A DNA stretch of 64,000 nt from Penicillus capitatus. Its lineage: Eukaryota > Plantae > Chlorophyta. The DNA lies in contig OZ287717.1 in the NCBI GenBank assembly GCA_965649825.1, forward strand, positions 75,201-139,200, written 5' to 3'. Numbering within the stretch: the first letter of the stretch is position 1; every line of letters starts with the position of its first letter. The notes beneath the pieces are model-generated. The model made no database searches. It had not been told where the DNA came from and saw only the letters and a list, made by a program, of their open reading frames with translations. This document shows, in pieces, positions 15,001-26,900 of the stretch. A program made the position numbers and the translations under genes.

Positions 15001-15700
15001 AACCAAGTACGACACCGCCCAAAGCCAAACGAACCTCCGGTGATCGGCATCCGCGGTGTGTCCCGAGGCGTCCCGCACCCGTCTGCGTTGTAGTTTGCCG
15101 ACGGTGGGCCCTCCGTGGGCCGTGGTCTGCCGAAATGTCGAATCCGGAAAGGGCGCGCCACAGCCCGAGAACGCCGCCGTCGGGCTCCAACCAAGGGTCC
15201 GTCGGCATCCACTCGACCCCGCCGACACATTCCCACCCTCGCTGGACCGTGTCGCCGGCGTCATCGTGCACTTCCAGATCGTACTGACAGGCCAGGTTAC
15301 ACCTGATGCGACGTAACCGCCACGATTTCAACTCCGTACGACACCGCCCAAAGCCAAACGAACCTCCGGTGATCGGCATCCGCGGTGTGTCCCGAGGCGT
15401 CCCGCACCCGTCTGCGTCGAAGATTGCCGACGGTCGGCCCTCCGCGGGCCGCAATCTGCCGAAATGTCGAATCCGGAAAGGCCGCGCCACAGCCCGAGAA
15501 CGCCGCCGTCGGGCTCCAACCAAGGGTCCGTCGGCATCCACTCGACCCCGCCGACACATTCCCACCCTCGCTGGACCGTGTCGCCGGCGTCATCGTGCAC
15601 TTCTGCGAGTCACTGACAGGTCAGGTTACACCTGATGCGACGTTGGGTGCTCGATTTCAAAACCGTACGACAGCTCCTGAAGCCGGACGAGCGGCCCGCG
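1..15700. repeat. Tandem satellite array, 329-bp GC-rich monomer, ~48 copies in window, truncated by the left window edge
   Basis: The motif GGTTACACCTGATGCGACGTAAC recurs every 329 bp (ATG at 170, 499, 828 ... 15306; the 15635 copy diverges after GCGACGT). 15635-170 = 47x329+2, explained by two 1-bp insertions (~2240, ~5178). The last monomer decays after ~15,645. Confidence 0.99.
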
Positions 15701-17990
15701 CCCGGCTTAGACGATGATGTCTTTCAACATGTCACTCAAAATCTTCAACACATAAGTATCAACAAAACGCCTGTGACATTACGAAGTACCCAGCGAAGTT
15801 GCCTGCATATCTCGATCTAATCCACACAGAGACAGCCCCAGACCCATCAATTCGGCACGTGGCAGGTAATCCAATTCTGACAGACGATGTCAAATCAAGC
15901 CATCTGCGCGAGGCTTCTTAGTCCACTGCAAATCCCATCAATCTAACTGATCTTCGAATCTAGCCGGGTCCTATTCTCTGAATAACGAAGATGTTTCGTT
16001 TCGCCGCAGTCTTGATCATGCGGAGCCTCAGAACGTCCATCTTAGAAGGATCTTAGAGGTCCATTCCAAGTAGCGTATTGGCCTTACGCTCTCGACCATT
16101 GTTGCCTCCGATAGAGATGCGCACTATCAATCGCGCTCGCACCTGGATAAATGAGAGATGCAGCCGCGAAACAAACACTGTTATTACTTGTCAAACAACG
16201 TTTTCTGTCTGAAGGTTGTCTCCAGGATATCCTTAATTTAAGCACGGAACGCTGCGTGTGTATGTTCGCTATCTGTCTTTCCAAACACTGACGGCGTCGA
16301 GACGTTTAACGTTGTCTCTGAAAAGTTCAAAGATGCGTCGCTGTGTCGACTGCCCGAAGACTTGCTCTGTCGTACAAGCAAGCACGCATCGTTGCCCACC
16401 GCTTTGTAGTGACGGAGTCGACAGAAGCGGTCTCTCGTAGAATCATCAGACGAACCTGTCAAGCTTCATTAGTTCCTTCGTAGATCTGCGGCGACGATCA
16501 CCGCGTCCAGGAGAAGTTAGCTGATATCGTCCAAATGACAAAAGACTTCTGCCAGACTGGTCATTGAAGGTACTCTGTTCTAACATGCAGATTGTCCTCT
16601 GATCTAACTCAATCTCTGACGTAGATGAGCAACCTGAATGGAAAACTGAACGGAACAGGAATTTCTCATAGGCTACGAATCAAATAACCTGAGAACTGCC
16701 TACAGGTCTGGCAGAAACGCCGTGGAAGAAAGCGAGCATACCCAGCTGATTCTAGAGGTTCAGAATCCATGTGTAGATAGAGACTGCGCACTGGAGACAG
16801 ATATCTCTCGACGTCAAAGAGGACAGGTGCGTATTTGCCAACTTAGTTACTGAGTTTTCGAATTTTGGATCATTAACATACGATTCGACAGCAGTGGCGA
16901 TCTTTGACATTAATGATTGTTTTATGTGCTGGACCTAAGAAGATCGGAAACCATCTGTGTTTTCATTAAGTGAAAACGCTGCTTCCTGGATGGAATGCAT
17001 GCTGCCTATGCTTGCTTTAGGATGTCGATCAAAAGTTTTCGCGGCAGTACACGACAGTTAGTTACCTGAGTCAGATTCCCGCTGGGTAGCTTTGCACTTG
17101 GGCGACCGAGACAGGAAGACTATAGTGACCAAACGCAATTATGACGAAGCTTAAGGCATCCGCCATGGATAGTTCTCCATGTTTCTTTGCCAACAATCTC
17201 GGCATTCTCATTCTTTGAGATCGCGCAATTTCAAGAGATAGATGTCAGTCAATGAAGAACCTGTTGCTGGACATTTCGTGTTGCACAAGATTTTGAGATG
17301 ACTTGAAATGAAGCGCCGGTGGGACGCAAGAAGCAGTTTCTGTGGTCGCGTGTTCCATGTCTAAATACAATAAACACAACACGGTTTGGAGAGATATGAA
17401 AGACACCGCTTGGATGAACAATGGATGTATGTAAAGACATCGAAGTGTGACATGATGTAGTGGTCTGAAAGCTATCGAACGCTGTCGTTGCTAAAAGGTG
17501 TGTTGATCCGTTGTTCTCAGCCAGAACGAAGATATTCTTGTGAAAACGGCATCAAAGACTGAGTACACTTCCACAGCCTTCTTGAATCCATGATGTTGTG
17601 CATGACACCAATCAAGAATGACATTCTTACCTGAATTATAGGCAGCATCGTGTAAAACATCCACGTGCATGTATTTTTGTCTTTCCAGCTTTTGTTAAGA
17701 AGCAGAACAGTCTGCATATGCATGGCAGGAATGCAGGTAAGGGAGGACATCGTCCCACAATCGTCTATTCGTAAGACTAACAGCGGCGTTTTACATCGTT
17801 TTCTTCACAGTACTGTGTATCAGATCCGCTATGCGTGAACCGTCAATCGAACTTAAAGACAAATAGACAATCGATCAACCCACCATGTCATAGAATCATA
17901 ATAAGAGATATGTTACTGCGAAGAATACCCACCCATGTTATTCTTTTTGTTTGCTCGACGCTTCCCCGTGACAACATCTCCTTCGTCCCT

Positions 17991-20556
17991 TCACATCTCC
18001 TCATCGGGAAAGTCGTCCTGTTGAGCAACAAATAGATCCCAGGTTAGATTTATGGCGGCCCTGTCAAAGGATGTGCTTTCGCGGCCGAGGTAAGATGCTG
18101 TGGAGATGTCAAAGTTGAAAACCGCATTCGGTATCATCTGCTTGAGTCCCTCTTGTGCGTTGTGCAGTTCGTGCAAGAACTTTTCGAAGGACCCAAAGAA
18201 AGCAATGATGCCTCTCATCTCTTCATCGTCGGCAGCTCTGATGTCTTTGGATGGCTCTCCGTTCTGACCGAGACCAGACCCTCCACTGCCTGCGGCCGGT
18301 CCCGTGTTCTTCCTCTTTTCGTCATTTTCGATGAGCTCGGAGACGACATCCATTGTTGAACTCGCTCTCTTCATCATCCGTTGCATCCTTCCTTTGTACA
18401 TCGCTCCAATCAAAGAAGAAATCACTTTCTCGTCAGATTCCTCCCCGTGCCCATGAGATTCTCCATGATGGGCTGCCTGTCCACCATGTCCATCTGCTCC
18501 TCGTCTTTGCCCGCCAGACTCTCCATCTTCCAAGTTCTCGATCCTCTTCACCTGTGCCAGCTCCACCTTCATTTTCTTTGCGGTATTCAACAGACCCTCT
18601 GGACAGTGAGATCCAGCGACCATAGTCAATGCATAGGTTGGCAACATCAAGAAGGATGCATGCACCAAGCAAAGAACACCGACCGCAATCAGTAGAACCA
18701 TCATCAGGACTTCGTTGCTGAAGACGTAGTCCGTGTATTCCGTGATAAAATTCACATCCTGCCAGGCGTTGAACGCGACAACAGCAATGGCCATTGCCGT
18801 CTCAAAGTACACAAATCGAAGGGCTTTTAGGATCAGCTGAGGCTGCTGAAACCAGAAGAGATTTGCAGAATCCGGAAGACTGTATCTGTCTGAGAATGTA
18901 TTGTAGCTGTCGTTGTGTCCTCCTCGCAGATGCATCAGCCATTCCCAGAAACGATTGGTCTTCGTCTGCGCATCCACTTGCGGCATAGACTTGGTCGAAC
19001 GATCTCCGTCGTCGACGATCTCTGCCGTCGTTGCTTCGGGATGCGGTTCCGAGTTTTCAGCTGCTTGACCTTGTCGCACAGCGTCTTCGAATCGAACGCT
19101 CCTCTCTTCGAAACTCTGCACTCTGCGCAATGACTTCTGCGATTTGCTGAGGGATCCAAAATTCTTCATCTACACCACAAGGCAGCCAGCCATCCTCTCA
19201 GAATCCCAAAAGCCATTGCAGAGAACATTACCGACAGACTTTGGTGTCCGAGATCTGGTCCTTCTCCTCCAGATTGTGATCCTGCGGAGTGTCTTGACAA
19301 GCGATTCGCCATATAGCTGACAGAACTGCACAAACACACACAGACAGCGCAACGTGAAGCTTCCTGAGATGCAGTCTATCATACTCTCTGATCAGCGTGT
19401 TTGGTGCCATGACACGTCGTGTACGTGCACTCTTTCTGTCTCCGTAGGCAAGATATGCCAGCTGTGTCAGCTTGATGCCAACCACCTCCAATTTTGTCCC
19501 CAAGATCAGCACAAGCAGCACAGCAGCAGCCGTCGTGACAAGGAGGAATTCTGGTACGAGAATCCAGATAGCAGCAGTCACCCACATGGTCCAATCAATG
19601 CGCACAACATTCGCAAATTCTTCCACGAGTGTGTTCACGACAAACGAAAGAAAATTGAAATCATCAGGAAACTCCATGCGCTCGATGAACAAGCATCTCA
19701 TCGAGAGATACAATGACTCATCGACAGCAGGAGAGAATTGAGCCCAGAATGACCAGAACCAGTAATCAAATGTGTTTCGACCGTAGATCAGCTTTGCGTT
19801 TTTGAGTTCTTTAAGTCTGTGATCGGGTCGGTCTTCATACTTCTTCCATCGGCGCATCCGCCAGAGACATATGAGAATTGACGCTGTCGCATACGAGATG
19901 TGAATGCAAGCCACCATGAAAATGAAAAGATGGGTTTGATGCAAGGCATTCGCCGACCAGAATGGTTCTTCATCCTTTGCACAAGAACTGCCGTACCCTT
20001 GTCCAGACACAGACCATTAGACATAGCAAAGCACGCCTTGTAAACTCACCAGCCTGGAGGCGTCGTCCAAAGAGGAGACGACGTCCACCATAGCCTTCAT
20101 CGGCGTAGCCTTCTCCATCCTCGGCATAGCCTTCTTTATTCTCAGAGGCATTTTCGTAGTCAGACTTAGAATCGCCGTCTTTCTCGTCTTTCGCGTAATC
20201 GTCACCGTATCCCCCTCCGTACCCACCCTTGTAGTTGGGGTCGTAGTCTGGGTTGTCCACACATATTTTCAAAACATATTCCTGCGGTTACGCCGAACAC
20301 CTCAGGTCTCCACCTCGACCGTGAACGAGGCACTTACTTCAGCCACAATAAGTAAAAAAGAAATGAGACCCAGCGCGAGTAACTCTTCCTCTATGTGGTG
20401 TACGGCTGTCCGCAATCCGCGCCGCGTTCGTCCTTGAAGCTGGTGTTCGAGGTAGTGCGAGAATTTCTCGAACAGCAAAGTGATGACGATAAAGGCCAGA
20501 AATATGGCGGCGATGCGGATGGACTCCGTTTCATCAATGGCACGTCCTGGCGCCAT
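17991..20556 (-). CDS. MLO: MLO-family seven-transmembrane protein (spliced, >=4 exons)
   Basis: MLO motifs: EELLALGLISFLL, EYVLKICVD, RRLL, ALHQTHLFIFMVACIH, FWFQQPQLIL, LPTYALTMVAGS. GT-AG introns at 20337-20282 and ~20049-19999; ATG 20556; stop 17991. Confidence 0.93.
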
Positions 20557-20636
20557 GGTCGAACACAATACAACGCGTAATCCCTGCCTTGAAAACCTTA
20601 GAAAACCTCAAATGTGAAAATGAACGCGAATGCCAC

Positions 20637-22047
20637 ATGGGTCGATCTTGTTCGCGTTGTGCGTTGGAGAGAGCTATTCTTAGAAGACCCAAGACGCGTG
20701 AGCAAGTGCGCTCTAACGCAATGCGTTTATCTTTCTTCGGTGCTTAGACGTCTTCTGCAGTTGTGCCGTTCCTGTTTCTTTGAAGTTTTCGAAGAGGAGG
20801 TGCATCAGACCATTCAGTCATGTCAGCTGTTCACCTCTGGTGAGAGAATAGCGATTGGAGCATCAGGAGGGAAGGATTCTACGGTTCTCGCCCATACACT
20901 GTCCCTGTTGAACAGACGACATCAGTAAAGCAGACGGATGAAAATGCATCCTGGATGTTGATGTCTTGTGTTTGCAGGTATGGACTGCAGCTCTTCTTGC
21001 TTTCTGTCGATGAGGGCATTGCTGGCTACAGAGATGATTCATTGGAGACAGTGAAGAGAAACCAAGAGCAATATGACTTACCTCTGAAGATCGTTTCTTA
21101 TAAAGATCTCTACGGTTGGACAATGGATGAAATTGTCAAACAGATAGGCACCAAGAATAACTGTACCTTTTGCGGCGTCTTTCGACGACAGGCAAGGGAT
21201 GCATCACATTGATGCTTACGGAATCTGTTTTGCTATTAGGCATTGGACAGAGGAGCACGTCTGGTTTGCGCCGACAAAATTGCTACAGGCCACAATGCAG
21301 ACGATTTGGATGAAACCATACTCCTGAATTTCATACGTGGAGACATGTCAAGGTACACCTATCCATCACATCGAGACAGCAGAATGTGGTAAAGACTGCG
21401 ACCTCTGCAGACTGATGCGGTGCACCGATCCTGTCACTGGGACAGATGGAGATATGCCCAGAGTGAAGCCCTTCAAGTATACTTATGAAAAGGAGATTGT
21501 GATGTATGCCTATTTTAAAAAACTGGACTATTTCAATACTGAGTGTGTCTACTCGCCTTTTGCTGCGAGAGGCATTGTGCGAGACTTCATCAAGGATCTG
21601 GAAGCGGTGCGTCCGTCTGGAATCATGGATCTGATCCACTCGGGAGAGCAATTCAGATTCCGTCCAACAAGCGAAAAATCGGTGGACCCACGTGCATGCG
21701 AGCGATGTGGTTTCATATCCAGTCAGGTAAGATGGATGTCACAATGTAGTAAGTACCCTTCTCTGTTCGATCACACCTCGTGCACATTGCTGACGTGATT
21801 GTTCTCTGCATAGACGGTTTGCCAAGCCTGTACACTCCTTGAGGGTCTGAACAAGGCATGCAGCTGTTGTTCTGTGAGGCACTCTTTCTGACATTGTGCT
21901 GCATAGGGATTACCGAAGCATGGAGTGCGCCGCATGCGAGCATGTGAACGGAAGGAACCATTGCCGACTGCTGAATCTGGAACAGCGTGTCCATCATCCA
22001 AGTGCACATGCGAGAACGATTCACAGAGAGAGTCTCCATCTCATTGA
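20637..22047 (+). CDS. CTU1: Cytoplasmic tRNA 2-thiolation protein 1 (Ncs6/CTU1), 7 exons
   Basis: N-terminal CxxC...[15 protein letters not shown]-loop [48 protein letters not shown]-terminal CERCG...[15 protein letters not shown]. Introns 20706-20760, 20925-20977, 21192-21239 (GC-AG), 21353-21410, 21727-21813, 21856-21906 (GC-AG). Confidence 0.96.
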
Positions 22048-22135
22048 CGGATCGGTAACGAACGATCGTAGAACGTACGCTCTTGCAATAATGGTTCACA
22101 AGAAACGTCGGATAATGGTCTTTGTCTGTCCGTTC

Positions 22136-23285
22136 TCAGAAAACAATCGTGTCCAGCATGGTTCCCATGCATTGCAGGATGTTGGAAGACATCAGATTGG
22201 TCACACTTTCTTGCATGTGCTTCTTCACGTCCAAACGGCCCACATTGGCGACAGCACGCTTCTCATGAGGGGTGTCTTGTTCCTCAGTGACGGCCTGCAA
22301 TGCACTCCACTGCGAACACAGTATCTCGTACAGGTGGACACACCTTGATGTATTTCTCAGAGAGGTCTTTCAACTCACTCACGAACTTTTCGTTCGTAAC
22401 AGCATGCTTTTCAAAATCCAGAATCGACAGACCGTCTGTCCAGCGTTTCTTGCTCAGGTTGAGCAACATGCGCTCTTCCAACTCATTCTTCCTGCAACAC
22501 TCGTGATCGATGGACAGCAGCGCAGAACACGCACGCACCTGTAGTTGATGGCAATGGAGTAGTAGTGACGGTTGAGACCGTGGATGAGTGCTTGTATGGA
22601 TGGTTTGTTCAGGTGTCCAACATTGGACGTTGTCTGTCTGGGCTCCTGGCCCAGCATCATCGTCTGGGGCGAAATCAAACGAAACGCATCCATCACAACT
22701 TTCCCCTTCACACTCTGTATCGGATCCACCACAACAGCAACGGCTCTTTGATTCAAAGCCTCGAAACTCTGGAAACAATGCGTGCATGAGAACTCGGATG
22801 CGTTCTCATTTTGGTGGCTATACGAACCTGCTGGGTGTTCATGTCCACACCGGAGAGCCAGCAACCAAATCCTGGATGGCTGTGATACCATCCAACAACA
22901 ATCTCTGATCTCCCCACTTGATTGAGCATCTCGCTCATTTTTGTCTGATAGACAGGATCCACGGCTTCAACGCTCACTCCTGTGCCAGACTGGGGCATGG
23001 CAAACACGTCAACCACCTTAACGGTGTAGTCGTCCACGAACTCCCCAAGCATGAGTCCCATAACTTCCATTGGCACGCCTGCCCTTCCTAGCGTCACATA
23101 CGCTGCTGACAAAACCGGCAGCAGGTCTGTACGCGAATACCGTGCTTTAGCATCTTGAGCAGCGCGAGTGACGATATGTAGAGCTGCTCCGAGCTGTCGA
23201 CCTGTGGCGTGTCCGACGGCGCGGTGCCCATTCCACTCCCGCTGTTCCCAACATTCTGTAACAAGTGGCGGAGTCTTGCATCCAT
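22136..23285 (-). CDS. RPN11: 26S proteasome lid deubiquitinase Rpn11/PSMD14 (JAMM metalloprotease), 5 exons
   Basis: [34 protein letters not shown]; JAMM motif [17 protein letters not shown]; C-terminus MLDTIVF*. Four GT-AG introns each join the frames cleanly. Confidence 0.98.
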
Positions 23286-23406
23286 TCTATCAGCTCAGAT
23301 TGGAGCAATCGAATAAAACCAAAGCGAAGCGTAATGTACAAAACGAGGACATTATTTCGACGTTTGTTGTAGATGAGCCGGATCATCTCTGATCCCCCAT
23401 CGAGAC

Positions 23407-24079
23407 TTAGTCACGGACGATGATGCATTCTCCCCCCTGCAGGACATCCTCATGTTCATCGCCATCGTCTTCCTTGGCGGAATCCGATTTCTTCAGGTTC
23501 TTCAGCAGAGCCTCATACCGTCTCTCCTTCTTCTCCATTTCAGCGACCTTCTCTCTGAGAGCCTTCAATTCCTACAAGGCAGTTCATCCCGATCCGCATG
23601 GATTTTACACAGGGATCTATGCATCGTACATTTTGAGCTGAATTGAATTCTTCTTTCTCAGATTCGTTTTCATTGGCCAGCATGGAGATCGCTTTATTCT
23701 TTTCATTCACGACAACATTCAGCCTCTCTACCTCGATATCCTAACAGTCATATCCACCGTCTGACCAAAATGGCGAGCCGTTGAGCAACGGACTTGTTTT
23801 CTCAATGTTGTATATACAGCTATCAGTTCTTCGAGCAGCAAATCTTTTACTTCGACGACTCGGTTAAAATATGAACCGAAGTCCAAAACTGAGAAGGACT
23901 TCTCCTGTTACAGACACATCGGAACATTCGACAGAACATCGCCGAGGCAGAAAGGTCGAGACCATGTCCTCCACTTCGACGACGAGGGTTTGGATGCGCC
24001 GTCGACGCGCAATCGAATCCGGAAAGAGTCTCTCCAGAACGCTCTTGGCCGTGTTTGCGATGTAGCCAAAGCTCGTCAT
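23407..24079 (-). CDS. Small coiled-coil protein of unknown function (~4 exons)
   Basis: Spliceable frames MTSFGYIANT...EDM | EKSFSVLDF...RKQ | DIEVERLNVVVNEKNK... | ELKALREKVAEMEKKERRYEALLK...IIVRD*, with GT-AG boundaries. No family recognised. Confidence 0.5.
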
Positions 24080-24122
24080 CCTGGTAAAGTGTTGGACAAA
24101 ATAGATAGAGCGGTAATTGTGA

Positions 24123-24736
24123 ATGTATTCGTTGTGGCTAACTCCGCCAAAGGGCGACGTCTGTCGAACACTCCAGAACACGATTCAGCATTTCAGTCAG
24201 AAATACACTGCTCCAGTGTTCTCGCCGCACGTGACGCTGGTCGGTGATGCGGGTCCGAATCGGGAGAGAGTAATCGAGGCAGCACGCAGCGTTGCGGAAT
24301 CTCGTAAGGTGTGCATGTCAAAGCAGCCCTTTCGGGTAAACACACGAGGATTGGGTATCAGAGCGTCTATCTCAAGTTCCAAGATGTCTCTTACAAGGAA
24401 GAGCCTTACTTTCAATGCGTCTTCATCCTTTGTGCCAAAACGGATGAGCTGCTGCAGTGGAGAGATGAGGTCATGAGGTCCCTCGGATTCGAAGATTCGG
24501 AATACATGCCTCACGTCTCGCTGCTGTATTCTCACATCGACAAAGAGAAGAGACAGGCTGCCGTTCGCGAAGCCGTGGATCGACTGTACAATGGCATCGA
24601 GGGAATGGAGGATCAGCTGCTTGGCGAGACAGGGTTCTGGGCCGGTGCCGTTGAGGTATGGAAGGTTCACGTGGAGGATGAAGAAATGAAAACTTGGGAA
24701 TGCATCGAAACAATTTCACTAGAGTCGCAGGATTAA
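24123..24736 (+). CDS. Cyclic phosphodiesterase (2H phosphoesterase, plant CPDase-like), 2 exons
   Basis: YSLWLTP start, two 2H motifs (PHVT, PHVSLLY) and YFQCVF, as in plant CPDase. Intron 24309-24361; stop TAA at 24734-24736. Confidence 0.9.
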
Positions 24737-24779
24737 CATGGTCCATTCCTGCAGTGCAGTCAAAATCATCTTTCTCTTA

Positions 24780-25880
24780 TCAATGGGTAACCAGACAGGT
24801 ATTCCAACTGGACAATAAACCAAGGGTGCCGCAGATACCGACGATCACAAGACACCCATCTGCTGTCAACAAAGGGGGCACTCCCGAAGAGAAAGAAGAT
24901 TTGGTCCATAATGACATCATGAGACTAGATCCAATGATGCCCAAAGACGAAACGGAGGTCGCTGTGTTCAAACGCTTGAACGTCATTATATCGAGTTCCC
25001 CCTTGCCTGCTGCCTCTTTCATCGCAAGAATCAAGAATGATAGCAGAATGAGACTACTCCCTAGACACCGCACACTGAATGTGGCAAAGCTGTCTACTGG
25101 AGCATTAAACATGAATGTCCATACTGCAACCGGACTGAGAAGGGCGACAGAGGCACACCCTAATAGTACAACGGTAAAAAATGAAAAGAAGACCGAAACG
25201 GGATTCTTTGATCGAAACGTGGCTGCCATGTCGCGTAACATGCCAGATCCAATGTCCCGTATGGCACCGAATCCGTAGAGTGCGGTGAATGCCACGGTGG
25301 GAAGGATTCGTGTGATTGCGAGTACGGTTCCATAGATCCAACTGAAACCTGCACTTTGATAACAGCTCAGCAAATGGAGCGCATCAAAGGCCGCCATGAC
25401 AGACAATGACCAACCAATGCGTTTGTGCACTTGAGTGTTGACTCGATCAAGAGCGATCGCCGTCTGCATGCCATCTCTGTCATTTATGCCATCCGAATGG
25501 GGGTGCTGACTTTCATGCTCTCGGCCAGTGACATCGGTATGAAGAGCAGAGCACCTGTACACCGTGTGAGCAGCTCTCTGGATGCTGTCCATTCTATTCC
25601 CATGCTTTGCTGCATGAAAACCGGAGCAGCGGCCACAGTGGCGGCAAATACCACGAGTAATGCAGAGGAGAATATCTGGTAAGCCGCCAGAGCGACGGGA
25701 TGATCTAAGAACAGAAACGCCTGTAGTAAAAGGACGCCGACGTTGTCTGCCCAGCTCACGTATCACATCCGCCTGTTTAATATCTACGACTGTTTCTTTT
25801 TGTTGCGTTTCCGGTTCGTAAGAAGGGAGAAACCGTTCGGTCTTAAACGATCGGCTGAGCATCTGAAAGGATATCATCCT
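24780..25880 (-). CDS. Uncharacterised multi-pass membrane protein, paralog 3 of a tandem triad
   Basis: Aligns with the 27421-28738 gene (ILPTVAFTALYG vs LMPTVAFLKLYG; KEAAGKGELDIMTFKRLN vs KDAADRGRLGFSTFKTLN) and shares an intron at the same position (MK|GT...CAG|TAIALD). 5' exon structure is uncertain. Confidence 0.75.
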   Translation of the reverse strand, partial: RMISFQMLSRSFKTERFLPSYEPETQQKETVVDIKQADVIRELGRQRRRPFTTGVSVLRSSRRSGGLPDILLCITRGICRHCGRCSGFHAAKHGNRMDSIQRAAHTVYRCSALHTDVTGREHESQHPHSDGINDRDGMQTAIALDRVNTQVHKRIGWSLSVMAAFDALHLLSCYQSAGFSWIYGTVLAITRILPTVAFTALYGFGAIRDIGSGMLRDMAATFRSKNPVSVFFSFFTVVLLGCASVALLSPVAVWTFMFNAPVDSFATFSVRCLGSSLILLSFLILAMKEAAGKGELDIMTFKRLNTATSVSSLGIIGSSLMMSLWTKSSFSSGVPPLLTADGCLVIVGICGTLGLLSSWNTCLVTH

Positions 25881-25968
25881 TTTGTGCGACAGGAAGGGGC
25901 GAGATGCCAGACAGCACGGAGAACCTACGGTCACATGTTACGCAGGTTTGGTGCTTTTTCAGTGAGGC

Positions 25969-26900
25969 TTATGTCACCGTGCTGGATCGTAAGGCGACAG
26001 AGCCCACTAGCTGTAGACATCGACAACATAAAAGTAGACTTCCTAAAGCGACGGTTCTGAGAATAGAGCCACAGCCGATTAGGTGGACAACGTAGATGGA
26101 TGCCGACCACGACGATTTAACGTAATTAGATCCGTCAATACACAGATTTACGTTACATTGGTGTTTGCTTGTTGATGCTGCTAAGCTTGACGCGACAGTG
26201 GCTTCTGTTCTGGCAACATGCACACTGTTGCCAAGTTGGGCAATCGAAAGAATAAGGGCTGCCATATTGAGCTGATGCATGAAACGAAAATATCTGTCGC
26301 CAGAACGTGCATGGCGGACGTCCGAATCGAAGAATGCGTGATGGAACTGATTGCAAAGATCATAGCTGTGCTCACCCCCATCGAAGAGTATCGAGCCGCA
26401 TGCAAGTTTTCTGACCAAGAGACCGAACGGACTGCTTCAAGCATTCTAGGAAAGATATTCGAGAGCATACGCATTCGCATGGCTCTAAGAAAGCAACGTT
26501 CATCAGTGGCTGGACAACAACAGACATCATAGATCGACACGCAATAGCGACACATGTCCTTGGAGCAGTGAGAGAATTTGACACTGGCGAAGGCAAGGCC
26601 TAAATGCCAGAGCGAGAGCAAAGCGCTTGTAGATCGATTTATTCGAGGCATTGAGTGCCACAGCAGACGGTAGATGATGGTCACCCAAGAGAACAGATCA
26701 TACTGTCGTCTGTGCTTGCATGCTGTCGGCTATGCTGGCACCATTCGATAACTGACGGATAAAAAGAGAAGAGACTGAAGCGTACGACAGGTCGCGTACC
26801 GTAATCGGAGGACGCATACGAACTCTTCCGCGCATTATCAGACGATGTTTACTCTCCGCGCCTGCCTTGGACTCCGTTAAACGTGTCGTCGGATAGATGC
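25969..26900 (-). pseudogene. Decayed middle paralog of the membrane-protein triad
   Basis: Homologous segments are spread over three frames: SAVALNASNKSIYKRFALAL; LSNIFPRMLEAVRSV..ENLHAARYSSMGVSTAMIF; RFMHQLNMAALILSIAQLGN. The conserved intron acceptor is mutated (ACCG|TCT instead of AG|TCT). Confidence 0.7.

Noticed and set aside
1-15700. CRISPR array, 5S rRNA, spliced-leader or snRNA tandem array
   Set aside because: No unique spacers and the context is eukaryotic. No 5S sequence beyond a chance GATGCGA, and no Pol III boxes, oligo-T terminator or Sm site recognisable.
161-15717. Hundreds of 60-298-aa ORFs in the satellite, including a 109-aa Arg-rich ORF per monomer with TGATG stop/start overlap
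   Set aside because: ORFs occur in all six frames of GC-rich DNA. The overlap follows from 329 = 3x109+2, several monomers carry TAG stops or 1-bp insertions, and no domain is recognisable.
24780-25934. 384-aa ORF as a single-exon gene
   Set aside because: Homology to paralog 1 switches frame at a conserved intron; the 5' part of the ORF is out-of-frame or intronic.
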